From Octopus bimaculoides (Eukaryota), in contig NC_068999.1 of the NCBI RefSeq assembly GCF_001194135.2, forward strand, positions 31,250,395 to 31,314,394: DNA of 64,000 nucleotides, in the 5' to 3' direction. The translations under genes were made by a program, and so were the position numbers. A model generated the notes under the pieces. It had not been told where the DNA came from. It was given only the letters and a program-made list of their open reading frames with translations, and searched no databases. This document shows, piece by piece, positions 1-13,000 of the stretch; position 1 is the stretch's first letter, and each line of letters begins with the position of its first letter.

Positions 1-1809
1 ACAGATGAAATGCCACTAAGCATTTTGCCTGGCATATTAATGGTTCTACCAGCTCATTGCGACCGGAAGAAATATTGCAGAGCATTTTACTTGTCCAGCA
101 CTAATAATATTCATCTTAGTGCATCATGTATTCATCCTTTTCAAGAAGCCAGTTTCAGATTTCGCCTAAGTGTTTTCTGGGATGGAAATAGTATTTATTC
201 TGTGTTATTCCATGTTTCAACAAAATGAATAGTAACAACAACAGCAGCATTATTATCAACAACAACAAAAACAAGGTGAATAAAGAAATGAAATACTACA
301 ATGCAAAAAAAAAAAAAATTGCTGAACCTTTTTTCTCAACAGTAAAACATTAAATATATCTTTTGATTCTCTCAGAATGAAAGTAGAAGAGTGAAAAAGT
401 GAGTGGACAATTGTGAAAATCAATTTTGTTGTGATATTCCTCCCACAATCACCCCACTTTAGTTAGATTGGGAACAAATTACATTAAGTTGTATAGCTAA
501 AGATGTCAAGTTTAATATACAGGTCTCAGAAAAATATATTTTTTCTTTAAACAAAATCTTAGATTCTTTTCAGTAATTTTGCAAATATTTTTTTCTCACA
601 AACATCTTTTTTTAGCAATAAAACTTGAATATTTTCACATAAATTTTGAAGGGCAAATAGAAATATATTTGTTTTGGACATAGTTTTCTGAACCTTCCAT
701 TTCTTGGTCTTATCTTAAAAATCAAAATTATTAAACTTTCAGCCATTGTACACCTCTTCCTTAAACATTTCCATCATATCATCTCACTATAGGACAATAT
801 CAGCTCACTATATTAAATCATGAAATGCAATCCCATATTGACCATAATATATTGTTATTTCACTATATTGTATCATGAAAATTATTGCCTCTTTATATTT
901 CTCAGTTAGATATTAAAAACATTGTTTCTCTGTTCTCAAATTAAGTGGTATCTTCTGTCAACATTTTAATATTTCATTGAAGGCCATTATCACTTTGCTA
1001 TATATATTTTATCAGAAGACAGTGATGTTAATAAATTTTATCAATGAACATAATCACCACTCTACAAATTTGAGCATTGATCATTATAATATTTTTCTTC
1101 ATTTTGAAACATCATTCCTCCATACATTTTATCATAAGACATTATCATCTTTCTCTATATATTTAATGATTAAATCATATTATTTTTGTATTATTTTAAC
1201 AGAGCATTATCAATGCCATCATATTTCATTTACAAATAATATGATTCTCTACTTATTGACAGCATTATCATTTTTAACATTTTATCAACAAACACCACAA
1301 AACATTATTATCCATTAATCTATCACCTCAACAATATCTAAGTAGAAAATATATAATTAACACATTTTTGTAAACATTGTGTAGCTGTGTGTGTGCATTT
1401 ACATGTGAAAGTTTGTGAGTCTGTAACCTTGTTGTTTATGTATGTATGTATAAATGTATGTATGTATAAATGTATGTATGTATAAATGTATGTATGTCTT
1501 CATGCCTGTATGTATGTATGTCTGCATGCCTGTATGTATGCATGTGTATACACTTACAACATACACATGCATTCATACACTCAGATGTATGCACATTTAA
1601 ATACTTATGGTTTTCTAAAATATGCATGTACACACATGTATACATACATATATGCATAAGCAAACATACAGATGTACATATGTATATACAAACATGCATT
1701 ATACATACATATATACTTACATACATACATACACATATGCATACATATATACATAGATACATACATACACACGTTTTTGAATACATATGCAGTTTGAGTG
1801 AAAGCAACT

Positions 1810-1940
1810 TTACAACTCAAAACGGACATCACTCGTTCTAGAGGACTTCATGGAACAATGTCCCAAGTTCATATTCTTGCGACAGTTATTAACATGGCCA
1901 TTTAGCAGCTCCACCTTTTCACCGTTTTCTTGGAACACGT
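1810..1940 (-). CDS. BVES: BVES probable terminal coding exon 7 ([43 protein letters not shown])
   Basis: Acceptor tattctatctcttgttgcag|AC. Only the phase-1 frame stays open for 43 codons, to TAA at 1812-1810, and it matches the exon 6 donor. No family motif confirms it. Confidence 0.68.
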
Positions 1941-4900
1941 CTGCAACAAGAGATAGAATAATTCATGGCAACACTAATAAAAGAAAACACAGACAAGAAT
2001 TGTCATCAAACTGAATTTTTCAAATAATGTAGATACACATACACAAATACACACCTATAAAAAAAGGCAATCTATATATCCAACTTAATGTGGATGTATT
2101 GTTAGAGTGCCAAACACTGCATTATTTACCCTGACAAGACTCCCTCATATGGACACATGGTGCATAAAAGCACACATATTTACATTACTGGCAGACGAGA
2201 ATCATGTGCTAAGAATGTTGGAACTGCCAACGCATGTGATTTCAATGTTGCCTGCCTCTTTAGCAGCAGATATCCAATGGCTGCATACAAGCCAAATCTC
2301 ACTGCCTGTAATATAGATAAAGAAATCTCATTTATTGCTGGCAATGAGATCTGGTTAGTATATAGTTACTGGATGTCTGCTACTGAAAAGATGGGTCATG
2401 TCAAAATCATGTGATCTGGCAGTTCTCTCACATGTAGTAGATGATTCTCATTTACCAGCAATATAAATGTGGATGCACCATGCACCTGTATGAGAGGTTG
2501 TTTCAAAATAAATAATGCAGTATTTGGTCCTCTAACAGTACATCCACATTAAGTTGGATATAAAGATTGCCTTTTGGTATTCATTCTGCTTCTGCCACTA
2601 ATAATTATTTTACACACACACACATACACATATACATACATATATGTATATAGTACATTATATATAAAGTAAACTAATTTTATTTTCATATTCATAATTA
2701 AATTATTAACTTCCTTTGTTTTGCTTCTTTTCAATCTTTATCTCTCAATTTATTTAATTTTTCAGTCTTTATTTATAAATAAATAAATAAATAGAAAAAT
2801 TATTTTAGACCACAGAATAATACCATAACCGTTTTACAATTTTTATTTCAATGTAATTCATTTATTTATTAATAATTTCTTAATTGATATTTTCAAAAAT
2901 ATAGAAATGCAGTTGTTTCTAATATAAATATTATGAAGATACAATGTTGCTATTGTGTGTGTGTGTACACGTACACCCAGACACACACACACAAATACAC
3001 ACACACGCACACACACACAAAGGCATTCTCCATGTGACATGAAAGGTTTTGCATTACAAAAATTCCATGTTATGATAAGGTTTTTGTGAGTTCAAAGATT
3101 TTGTAACACTGGGAGTGTCTGTACATGTCATCATCATTTAGTGTCTGCTTTCCATGCTGGCATAAGTTGGATGGTTTGACAGAAGCTAATGTGTAGTAAA
3201 GTCACATCAAGTCCCAATGTCAGCTTTGGTATAGTTTTTAATGGCTTGATGCCCTTCCTAACACCAACTGTATTACAGAATGTGCTAGGTGCTTTTTGTA
3301 TAACACTGAATTATATAATCAAGAGGAGGAAGAGGAATCAGGGTGAAGGGGAGGAAGAGGAATCAGAGTGGAGGGGAGGAAGAAAAGTGTAGAGTTTCTA
3401 TGATATTTTTTTGTTCTCTGGTTGTTTCAGGCTCTGAGAGAAATAGGAATAGGGTGGATGGTGATAAGTGGGAATAAGTTTGTGTTGGGTAGGTATTTAA
3501 GGTGTGAGGTGGGTTAATGCATGAGACATTCAGTCATACTGATGTGAGTAACAGAGTATGTTAAGATTCACATGGTTATATATAACTTGCTGTACCCTGG
3601 GTCAAATGTTTAACTCTACTTTGTGATGCTGAGACACAGGATCACATAGGCATACATAATCTGCTACACCTTGGGTGAGATGTTTGCCTCTACCTTTTGG
3701 TCTTGAGACACAGGAATGGGAGACAAAGAAAAAAAACAAGCAACAAGATCAAGAAAATGTGAAGAAGTTGATAAATACAACTATTATAGCTGATAATAAT
3801 CATTGTGATCATGCTAACATATAAGCAATAACAGTAATAATAATAATAATAATAATAGAAGTATTAGTAGTAGAATAATTAGTATTAGCAATAGTATTCA
3901 CAGAAGCAATAACGGTAGTAATAGTAGCAGCAGCAAGGGATACTAGTGTTGAATAATTGTTAGAAACTAGTTCAATCTTAACATTTATGACATCTTAACT
4001 TTCAAATGAGATTCTTGTTTCTAGACACTTTCCACTGTCGTACCACTGATTATGACATTAATAATATATGGTTGGTTATAACAATGACATACCCCTGGTT
4101 ATAAAAATGATGTACCACTGGTTATAGCATTTCATTGATGGAAATGTTATTTGTAAACCAGTAGAATACTGGGTAAAACGACAAGATACCATTAGCTATA
4201 ACAATGGTATATCAGTAAGTAGTGCATTTGCATACTATCGGATATACTATAGAAAATACCAAACTTTACCTTAGTCAATGTATGATATAACCAGATCATA
4301 ACTTGGGTATAGAAATTGTATATTATATATCCATATCATATTTTGGTTATATGAGCATTATACTATTGATTATATCAGTAGTGTAATACTCTAGAAATGT
4401 TGGAACACGACATGGTATCGCATTAGAATAAAGAAAACATACAAATTTCATAATATTAGCCTACTGCACATCTGATAGCATACCAGTAACATACTAATAA
4501 TAACTGCATATCACAGAGAGAGAGAGAGAAAATACCATGCATATCATTCAAGTATCATGTTTATGGAATGGTATAGTAGCAAACAACATGCTGACTACAG
4601 GAAAGAATTTTTAATGGCAAGTCAATGGTATACTATTGATACATTACTGGCTGGTTACAGACATACCACTGTTATACTATTCTTGTAGAACTACCATATT
4701 ACTGGTCTTACATAGAAGTACCATTGACATACCATTGATGTACCATTGACATCCTATTGACATACCACTGACACCATTTACATTCATTGACATATTATTG
4801 ACATGTCATTGACATACCATTGTGATACCATTGAAATAGCATTGACATGCCATTGGCAGATAAGAGAGCAATTCTGTATAAAGATATTTCATGTATGACA

Positions 4901-5727
4901 ACTAGAATTGAAAGAGTTGAAGGTCTGAGGAAGTGAAGAGTCAACCAAGATGAAGGATGCAGTATATGTAATATATATATATATATATATATATATANNN
5001 NNNNNNNNNNNNNNNNNNNNNNNNNNNNNNNNNNNNNNNNNNNNNNNNNNNNNNNNNNNNNNNNNNNNNNNNNNNNNNNNNNNNNNNNNNNNNNNNNNNN
5101 NNNNNNNNNNNNNNNNNNNNNNNNNNNNNNNNNNNNNNNNNNNNNNNNNNNNNNNNNNNNNNNNNNNNNNNNNNNNNNNNNNNNNNNNNNNNNNNNNNNN
5201 NNNNNNNNNNNNNNNNNNNNNNNNNNNNNNNNNNNNNNNNNNNNNNNNNNNNNNNNNNNNNNNNNNNNNNNNNNNNNNNNNNNNNNNNNNNNNNNNNNNN
5301 NNNNNNNNNNNNNNNNNNNNNNNNNNNNNNNNNNNNNNNNNNNNNNNNNNNNNNNNNNNNNNNNNNNNNNNNNNNNNNNNNNNNNNNNNNNNNNNNNNNN
5401 NNNNNNNNNNNNNNNNNNNNNNNNNNNNNNNNNNNNNNNNNNNNNNNNNNNNNNNNNNNNNNNNNNNNNNNNNNNNNNNNNNNNNNNNNNNNNNNNNNNN
5501 NNNNNNNNNNNNNNNNNNNNNNNNNTTTTTTCTGTCTGTCTTTGTCTCTCTCTTTTACTCATGTGAGATCTTGGTAGAGGGTAGCAGGTAGTAGTAGTCC
5601 TAATATTTGATATGAGTTCTTGGTTTTGATTGTTTAAGCAGCAGTAGTAGCTGAGAAAGAAGAAGAAGAAAAAGAAGAAGAAGAAGAAGAAGAAGAAGAA
5701 GAAGAAGAAGAAGAAGAAGAAGAAGAA

Positions 5728-5759
<32 letters not shown>

Positions 5760-7041
5760 AGAAGAAGAGAAAGAATAATAAGAAAATTTGGGATTGGTAT
5801 GACAGTAATAGGATGTTGGTGGAATCCTCTTAAATGGCCAAGTGATCTAAAAGTGACTTGTTGTGGTTGTATTAGTAGTGATTGGAATTGTTCTGAATAA
5901 ATTCATAGGTAGTAACTGTTTTGAATATATCGTTTTCAATATTTGCATGGGTGTCAAGAGCATTACATAGGCCAAACCAAAAGCAGTCTATGTCAAAGGA
6001 TGGCTCTACATAGATCTCAGGTCAAAATTCAGGATTACAGAAAAATAGCATTCAGTGAACATATCGACATTTGCACCACTAACAAACAACCCAGCTTCAG
6101 AATTTTTCCCCTCTATAAATTCAGGAATGATGCAACCTGTAGTCAGCGCATTAGTTAAAGAGTCATATTTTATCAAAAATATAAACCCCTTTTGAATGCA
6201 TCCACCACAAATGACACTATTACAAGGGCCTTAGAATAATGCCCAAGCAAATATTAAAAGCAATATATTCAGAACAGTCACTACTCATGAATTTATTCAG
6301 AACAATTCCAATCACAACAGGTCACTTTTAGGTCACTTGACCATTTAAGAGGATTCCACCAACATCCTACTACAATCATAACCACCCCTGCATTTTTTAT
6401 TATTCTTTCTCNNNNNNNNNNNNNNNNNNNNNNNNNNNNNNNNNNNNNNNNNNNNNNNNNNNNNNNNNNNNNNNNNNNNNNNNNNNNNNNNNNNNNNNNN
6501 NNNNNNNNNNNNNNNNNNNNNNNNNNNNNNNNNNNNNNNNNNNNNNNNNNNNNNNNNNNNNNNNNNNNNNNNNNNNNNNNNNNNNNNNNNNNNNNNNNNN
6601 NNNNNNNNNNNNNNNNNNNNNNNNNNNNNNNNNNNNNNNNNNNNNNNNNNNNNNNNNNNNNNNNNNNNNNNNNNNNNNNNNNNNNNNNNNNNNNNNNNNN
6701 NNNNNNNNNNNNNNNNNNNNNNNNNNNNNNNNNNNNNNNNNNNNNNNNNNNNNNNNNNNNNNAAATATTAGGACTATTACTACCTGCTCCCTGCTACCAA
6801 GGTAAAAGAGACAGACAGGAAAAAGGAAAATGTCCCTTGCATTTGAAAACTATGGAAATATTTTTAAAAAACATTTCATTTAATTTTTCCACAATTTAAT
6901 TGTTTTTCGTGCCTTACTCTAAGTTGAAAAATTCGCAGACTGTAACTGGTACTAAAATGTTCTTCATGATAAAATTATTTTAACATTTTCTACCTTGTCT
7001 TATTTTGCTTATATATATATATTAGTTACATAGATAGATAA

Positions 7042-7082
<41 letters not shown>

Positions 7083-10000
7083 ATGTTAGCAATAAACTAT
7101 AGCTGGATTGTTGTTCACCTTCCTGTCTGCCGTTTTGTTGGTAGCTGCCCTGCTTCTTCTCACTGTTGATAGTTCCGAAAAGAGTGGATGGATAAAGATG
7201 AGTGTATACATGTACACAATATTTGTGTGTGTGTGTGTGAGTTTATTTTAACAGAAACAAAAGATAATGTCCTCAATACATGTGGTAGAGTATGTCGATT
7301 TATTTCTTCAAAGCTGGTGATACGCTCCACCTCTATTCAGAATTTCTTGTTACATACAATCATAAAGGTCCCACTAAGAAACCCTGAGTAGTGACAGAAT
7401 GAGTTCTCAGTTTCAAACAGTTATGCATACATAAATCATAATAATTTTGACCTCATTATAATATGTACCCATACCATAACTATCACACCACAGCACTCCA
7501 CACTCCTTCATTGTACCATTCCATTACACCATTGCACTGCACCACACCACTCCACTCCACACCACATAACTCATGACCCAAGAACCAACAACAGATGGAT
7601 GTTCAACTATCAGAAACAGCAGCCAAACTACCCCATTCCCCCAGCCAATAACCATAGTCATCCCCACACTACACACTGCCACTACACTATTATTACGCAC
7701 CACTATCAATTACAGCATCTCCCACTATTACTATTACACAACCCAATACTATCAAACATGTAGTGTCTGATTGACATAATGTCCTTTGTTATCAATTAGC
7801 AGGCAGTTAAATTACTCTAATTGATGTTTTAAAAACTATCTGTATGTTCTTTTGCCTTTTCTGATATTGAAATTATAAGTGAAATGAAACAGTAACCATC
7901 AAGAAAGGAATCTATCTCACTGACTCAACTTGAACTTTAACACACTCTCACCAAAATAAATTAGAGAATTAAATCTGTTTTTCCATATTTCTTGTAGTTT
8001 CTCTGCAACACCTTTGTATGGTGTGTGAACACATAATCTAATGGATCCAGTTTACAAACTAAGGTTATATTGACACTGTTCAGTATTTGCAATAATTTAA
8101 TTACCACTAATTAGCTGTATTAGGATTCTATGTTCCTAATTAGTAATGGCCATTTTCCCATGATAGCATCTTGGCACACAAAACACAAAATGCAAAGAAT
8201 TTTGTCATCAATCAATAACTTTCATTTTCATTATAGCACAGTATTATTATGGAATATTTGGAAGTCTACAAGTATTATGAGAGGAATGGTAACATTAACA
8301 TCTTGAAACAGATCAGAATTATGGAGATTTTAGAGTTTACAGTTTATTTGTAATATATTAGTTGTCTTTCAGTTGTGAGATTAATAAAACTGTGCAGATT
8401 GACCACTGAGGTTCTTTGATAAAATGGTTATGGTGTTGCCATACAGTCAATTCAAAATGAGAAATGTTATCAGAAATGTATATTCTCATTGACAACACAT
8501 TAACATAATTATTGGTTTCAAATTTTGGTACAAGGTCAGCAATTTTGGGGAAGGGTTAAATTGATTACATAAACCCAGTGTTGAACTGATACTTATTTTA
8601 TTGAACCTGAAAGGACAAAAGGTAAAGTCAGCCCTGATGGCATTTGAACTCAGAATACAAAAGACAGAGGAAATGCCATAAAACATTTTGCTTGGCATGC
8701 TAATAATTCTGCCAGCTCACTACCTTACACTAACATAATTATTAACAGCATTAACAACATACTAACACCACAGAAACACCACATTGGGATGACATTAATG
8801 TGGTTCTAATATGATACTTATGTCATATTAACACCATACTGACCATACAACACAATAACAATGTGATAATACTACACTAATAACATGACACCATACTAAC
8901 AACATTATAATGATGCAATAACACCATGCTAAATACATATAATTGTAAAAGCAATAATGTCACAACAGCATAACAATACAATAAAACTATAACAATATAA
9001 GTCCATAATTACACAACTCTCAACATTAACCAAACACTAACAAAATGCTATCATTAACATAAAACTAACAACATACTATCACAAGGCTAATACTACAAAC
9101 AAAATAGTAATACAATACTAATGAATTTGTTTGGAAAAATTAATGCGTCATCACCACCATCTTCACTACCACCACATCATCATCATTATCAGATGATGAT
9201 GATAACTATAATATTTCTACAAATTCTGTCAGAATTTGGGATCTAATTCCCAAATGCTTAATATTTGAGTATGTGTTTATGTATGTGTGTATGTGTGTGT
9301 GTGTGTGTGTGCATGCAAGTATGTTTTTGTAATCTTACCTTATTGTAAAATACACAAGAAATACTGAACTAGAATAAAATATCTGACTTTGAGACTGAAT
9401 CTCCTTACCTATGTCTTCATCATCATTTTCGTTCTGTAGATTTGTAGTTCCAGGGATACCAGAAATGGATTCTTGAACTGGTTGGTTGATTCCAGCAATG
9501 GTCTTTCTGATATCTCGACCAGAATGGATTGACGATGAAATACTTGGCAGACGTATGTCCATTCTTGAACCTTGTGGGGTCAGCACCTAATTTGGGAAAA
9601 GACACATTTCAAAAGAAATCGTTTGCTAAATGATGGAGATTCTTGCCATAATAACAACTCTTCAATGGCTGCAGTACCTGGTGCTGCAGCCATTGAAGAG
9701 TTCTCATCTAATAAACAGAGTTCCCATTGAAGACTTATCTTCATTCATGAACATACTATTTGTTAAGATATACCCATGGTAAGATAATGAGACATGCTAG
9801 AAATAGCTGCCAAATCTCCAGTAAATTACACCATATTGTCTTAAGAAATATAAGTACACATTGGCCAATATAGTTATAAATATATATACAAATAGACAGT
9901 ATGATCACAAATTGAATGACTTTTATTGGACAAGCACAACTGTTTGGTTATGTAAGTCATTTCACAATAATGTGGTTCCAGATTTTATCACACAATATAG

Positions 10001-13000
10001 CACTTTGGACGAGTATGGATATCTATATATATAAAGCTGAGAATGTGTCTGTCTGTGTGAATTACTAAAACTCAAGAATTACCAAACTGATTTCATTCAA
10101 ATTTTACACATGCCTTACTTAGGGTCCATGCAGTGTCATGGCACCCTAAAAATTACAACTTCTTGCCTAATGCGAACCTGGAGCAATCTCTTATCTCTTA
10201 CACTATTTCTTATCTCTTACACTATTGTGTCAAAAGGAAAACAATAGCATCTGTATAGTAATGTGAGATGCTTTCAGATTTAATACTTTCATTATTAATA
10301 CTGAAACTATTAAAAGTGAAACTTATCTCACTTGCCACACGGATTAAAAATCTGAAGATGTTCAGATAAGTAAATTTGTTTTCCAGCCTAGCACATATCT
10401 AAAACCTCTTTTACAGTGCAAATTATAATTGTTTTATTATTTCATTTCATTATCTCTCTATGTAAACACAGTTTTGTCTTCCATGCCGTATGTTTATAGA
10501 AAAAAACTTAAGATCCATATGCTCAGTCCAACTCTCCCACTTTCTCCCTTCTCTCATTTATCTAATTTTGTCACAGTTTCGCTGATCAAAAACTGTTGGT
10601 TATAGCTCTAGTTAAAAATGCCCAATTCTATCTCATTATTATTATTACTATTCTTTCACACCGGCAGCCTCAGTTTTTGCTGTTTCATGGTGCGCCTGCC
10701 CTTCCCACCCCACCAGCTGTACTGGAAGTCTTTATCCTCCTACCTATATCAAATATCTTTCCCCTGAACACCTCCAAAGGCTTAGTGTTCCCCCATCCTT
10801 ACTTAGGGTTTATCTCCTATGCAATGTAGTGATTATGTAGCAAGCACATAAAATGATGGTGTAGTGTATGAAGGCTATTGTATGTTTATGAGTTCTGCCA
10901 AATGCAAGCTTTCTTTTCAGGCTCATGATGCTGCTACCTCCATCCCAGGGTCTTGCCTTCCATACCCTCAGAGTTGGTACACTTAATGTTGGCACATTGA
11001 AAGGTAGGTCTGGTGAGATTCTTGGGATGCTCAAATGGAGATGTGTAGATTTGTGCAGCATCCAAGAAGTAAGATGGAAAGGAAGTTCTGCTAGGTTCCT
11101 CACAGGCAAAGATTGACGGTATAAGATGGGGTCGGGGGCACGGGTATACTTCTTGCGGAGAAATGGGTTGATAAAATAATCGAGATAGTCAGAGTTTGTC
11201 ATAGAATACTTAAGATTAGATTAGTGCTGCAACATGGGTTAGTAACCATTATCTCAGCTTATACCTCTCAGCCAGGGCCACCTGATGAATAGAAAGACCA
11301 ATTTTATGACACCCTCTTGCAGTTTACCTCATTGATGAATAACAGGAACCTTCTCTTTGTGGCTGGCAACTTCAATTGGCATGTTGGACAACATGCAGGA
11401 GGCTTCCATGGCATTCATTGGTTTCCGCAATGAGGAGGGAACCAGGCTGCTGGAGTTCTGCGATGCAAATGATCTTCTGGCTTGTAATACTAACTTAAGG
11501 AAACCTGCCAGTCACCTATTCACCTACCGGTCTGGTGGATATACTAGTCAAATTGACTACTTCTTCACCAGGAAATGGGAAAGATGGCTACTTATAAATG
11601 CCAAAACCTTCCCAAGTGAAGAATGAACCCTACAACATAGATTAGCAGTTAGCAACTTCAGGATCAGGGTTAAATGGATGCCCAGAAGATGACCAGCATG
11701 GAAAACAAGGCTCTGGAAGTTTAAGGATCCTGTGAATGGACAGAGATTTAAAGATATATTACTCAAAGCTTTTGACAAAATAGAGGAGGATATAGTATCA
11801 CATAATGTGGAAGGCAACTGAAGGTTCCTACGGGACAACCTGTTGAGAGCTACTGACCAGATCTGTAGATGGTGCAAAGTCCCCTCTCAACCCAAGGTAA
11901 CGTGGTGGTGGAACAATGTAGTTGACAGGGCCATTAGGAAAAAGAAACAAGCATGGAAGGACTGGAAGTGTGGTGGTAGCAAGGAATTGTATCAGATTGC
12001 TAGAAGGGAAGCTAGGTGACAGGTTTACTTAGCCAGAGGAGATGCAGATAAAAAAAAATTTACCAATGTTCTGCATCGTGAGGATCAAAGACTTGAAGTG
12101 TTTCATGTTGTAAGATGGTACATGAGAGAGAATCATGATGTCATAGGAGAGAAATGTGTCCACATGGATGATGGCTGCAAAGGGAGAGACTTTGAGACAC
12201 CACTATGGAAGGTTGCTAAATGAAAAGAATGAATGGAAGAAAGAGAGTCTGTCGAATATCAACCCAACAGAGGGACCGGCTATCTGAATTAACTGTAGAT
12301 AAAGCAATTAAGGGTACAAGGAGAGGGAAAGTCCCCCAGCCCATTAGAAATCACCAAAGAGATGCTTCAATCAGGTGATACATGAATGAGTCATATGCAA
12401 TGACTGGTGTAGCAGCACCATAGTCAAATGCTACAAAGGTAAAGGTGATGCATTAGATATGAATAATTACAGAGGTATCAAACTGTTGGATCAGGTGATG
12501 AAAGTCAAGGAGAGGGTCATAGCCCAACTAATTAAGGAGAGAGTCAGTTTCGATGAGATGCAGTTTGGGTTTGTGTCAGAGAGAAGCACCAATGATGCTA
12601 TATTTCTGGTAAGAAAGCTTCAGGAGAAATACCTAGCCAAAGATAAACCTCTGTACATGGCTTTCGTTGACATGGAGAAAGCCTTTGACAGGGTTCCCTC
12701 GATCCCTTATCTGGTGGTCAATGAGGAAACTAAGGACAGATGAGTAGTTAGTGAGAGCTGTACAAGCTATGTACAGGGATGCTGTCAGCAAGGTGAGGGT
12801 TAGCAATGAGTATAGTGAAGAATTCTGGGTTGGGGTAGGGAGTCCACCAAGGGTCAGTCCTCAGCCGCCTCCTATTTATCATAGTCCTTCAGGCGATAAC
12901 AGAGGAATTTAAGACAGGATACCCCTGGAAGCTCTGCTATGCTGATGACCTTGCTCTAATAGTTGAGTTACTATCAGAATCAAGGAGAAGTTTCAGGTGT

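Noticed and set aside
194-199. AATAAA (minus) as the BVES polyadenylation signal
   Set aside because: A single hexamer in AT-rich DNA with no clear downstream U/GU element; not supportable without transcript data.
3585-3720. Two-unit tandem duplications (also 54336-54513 and 41240-41290) and 11-bp degenerate arrays (4020-4860)
   Set aside because: Ordinary local duplications or minisatellite decay with no additional structure.
7110-7190. Possible extra BVES exon on minus (caacag|TGAGAAG...GGAAG|gtgaac)
   Set aside because: Weak donor, no family similarity, and including it shifts exon 7 into a frame that stops after 12 codons.
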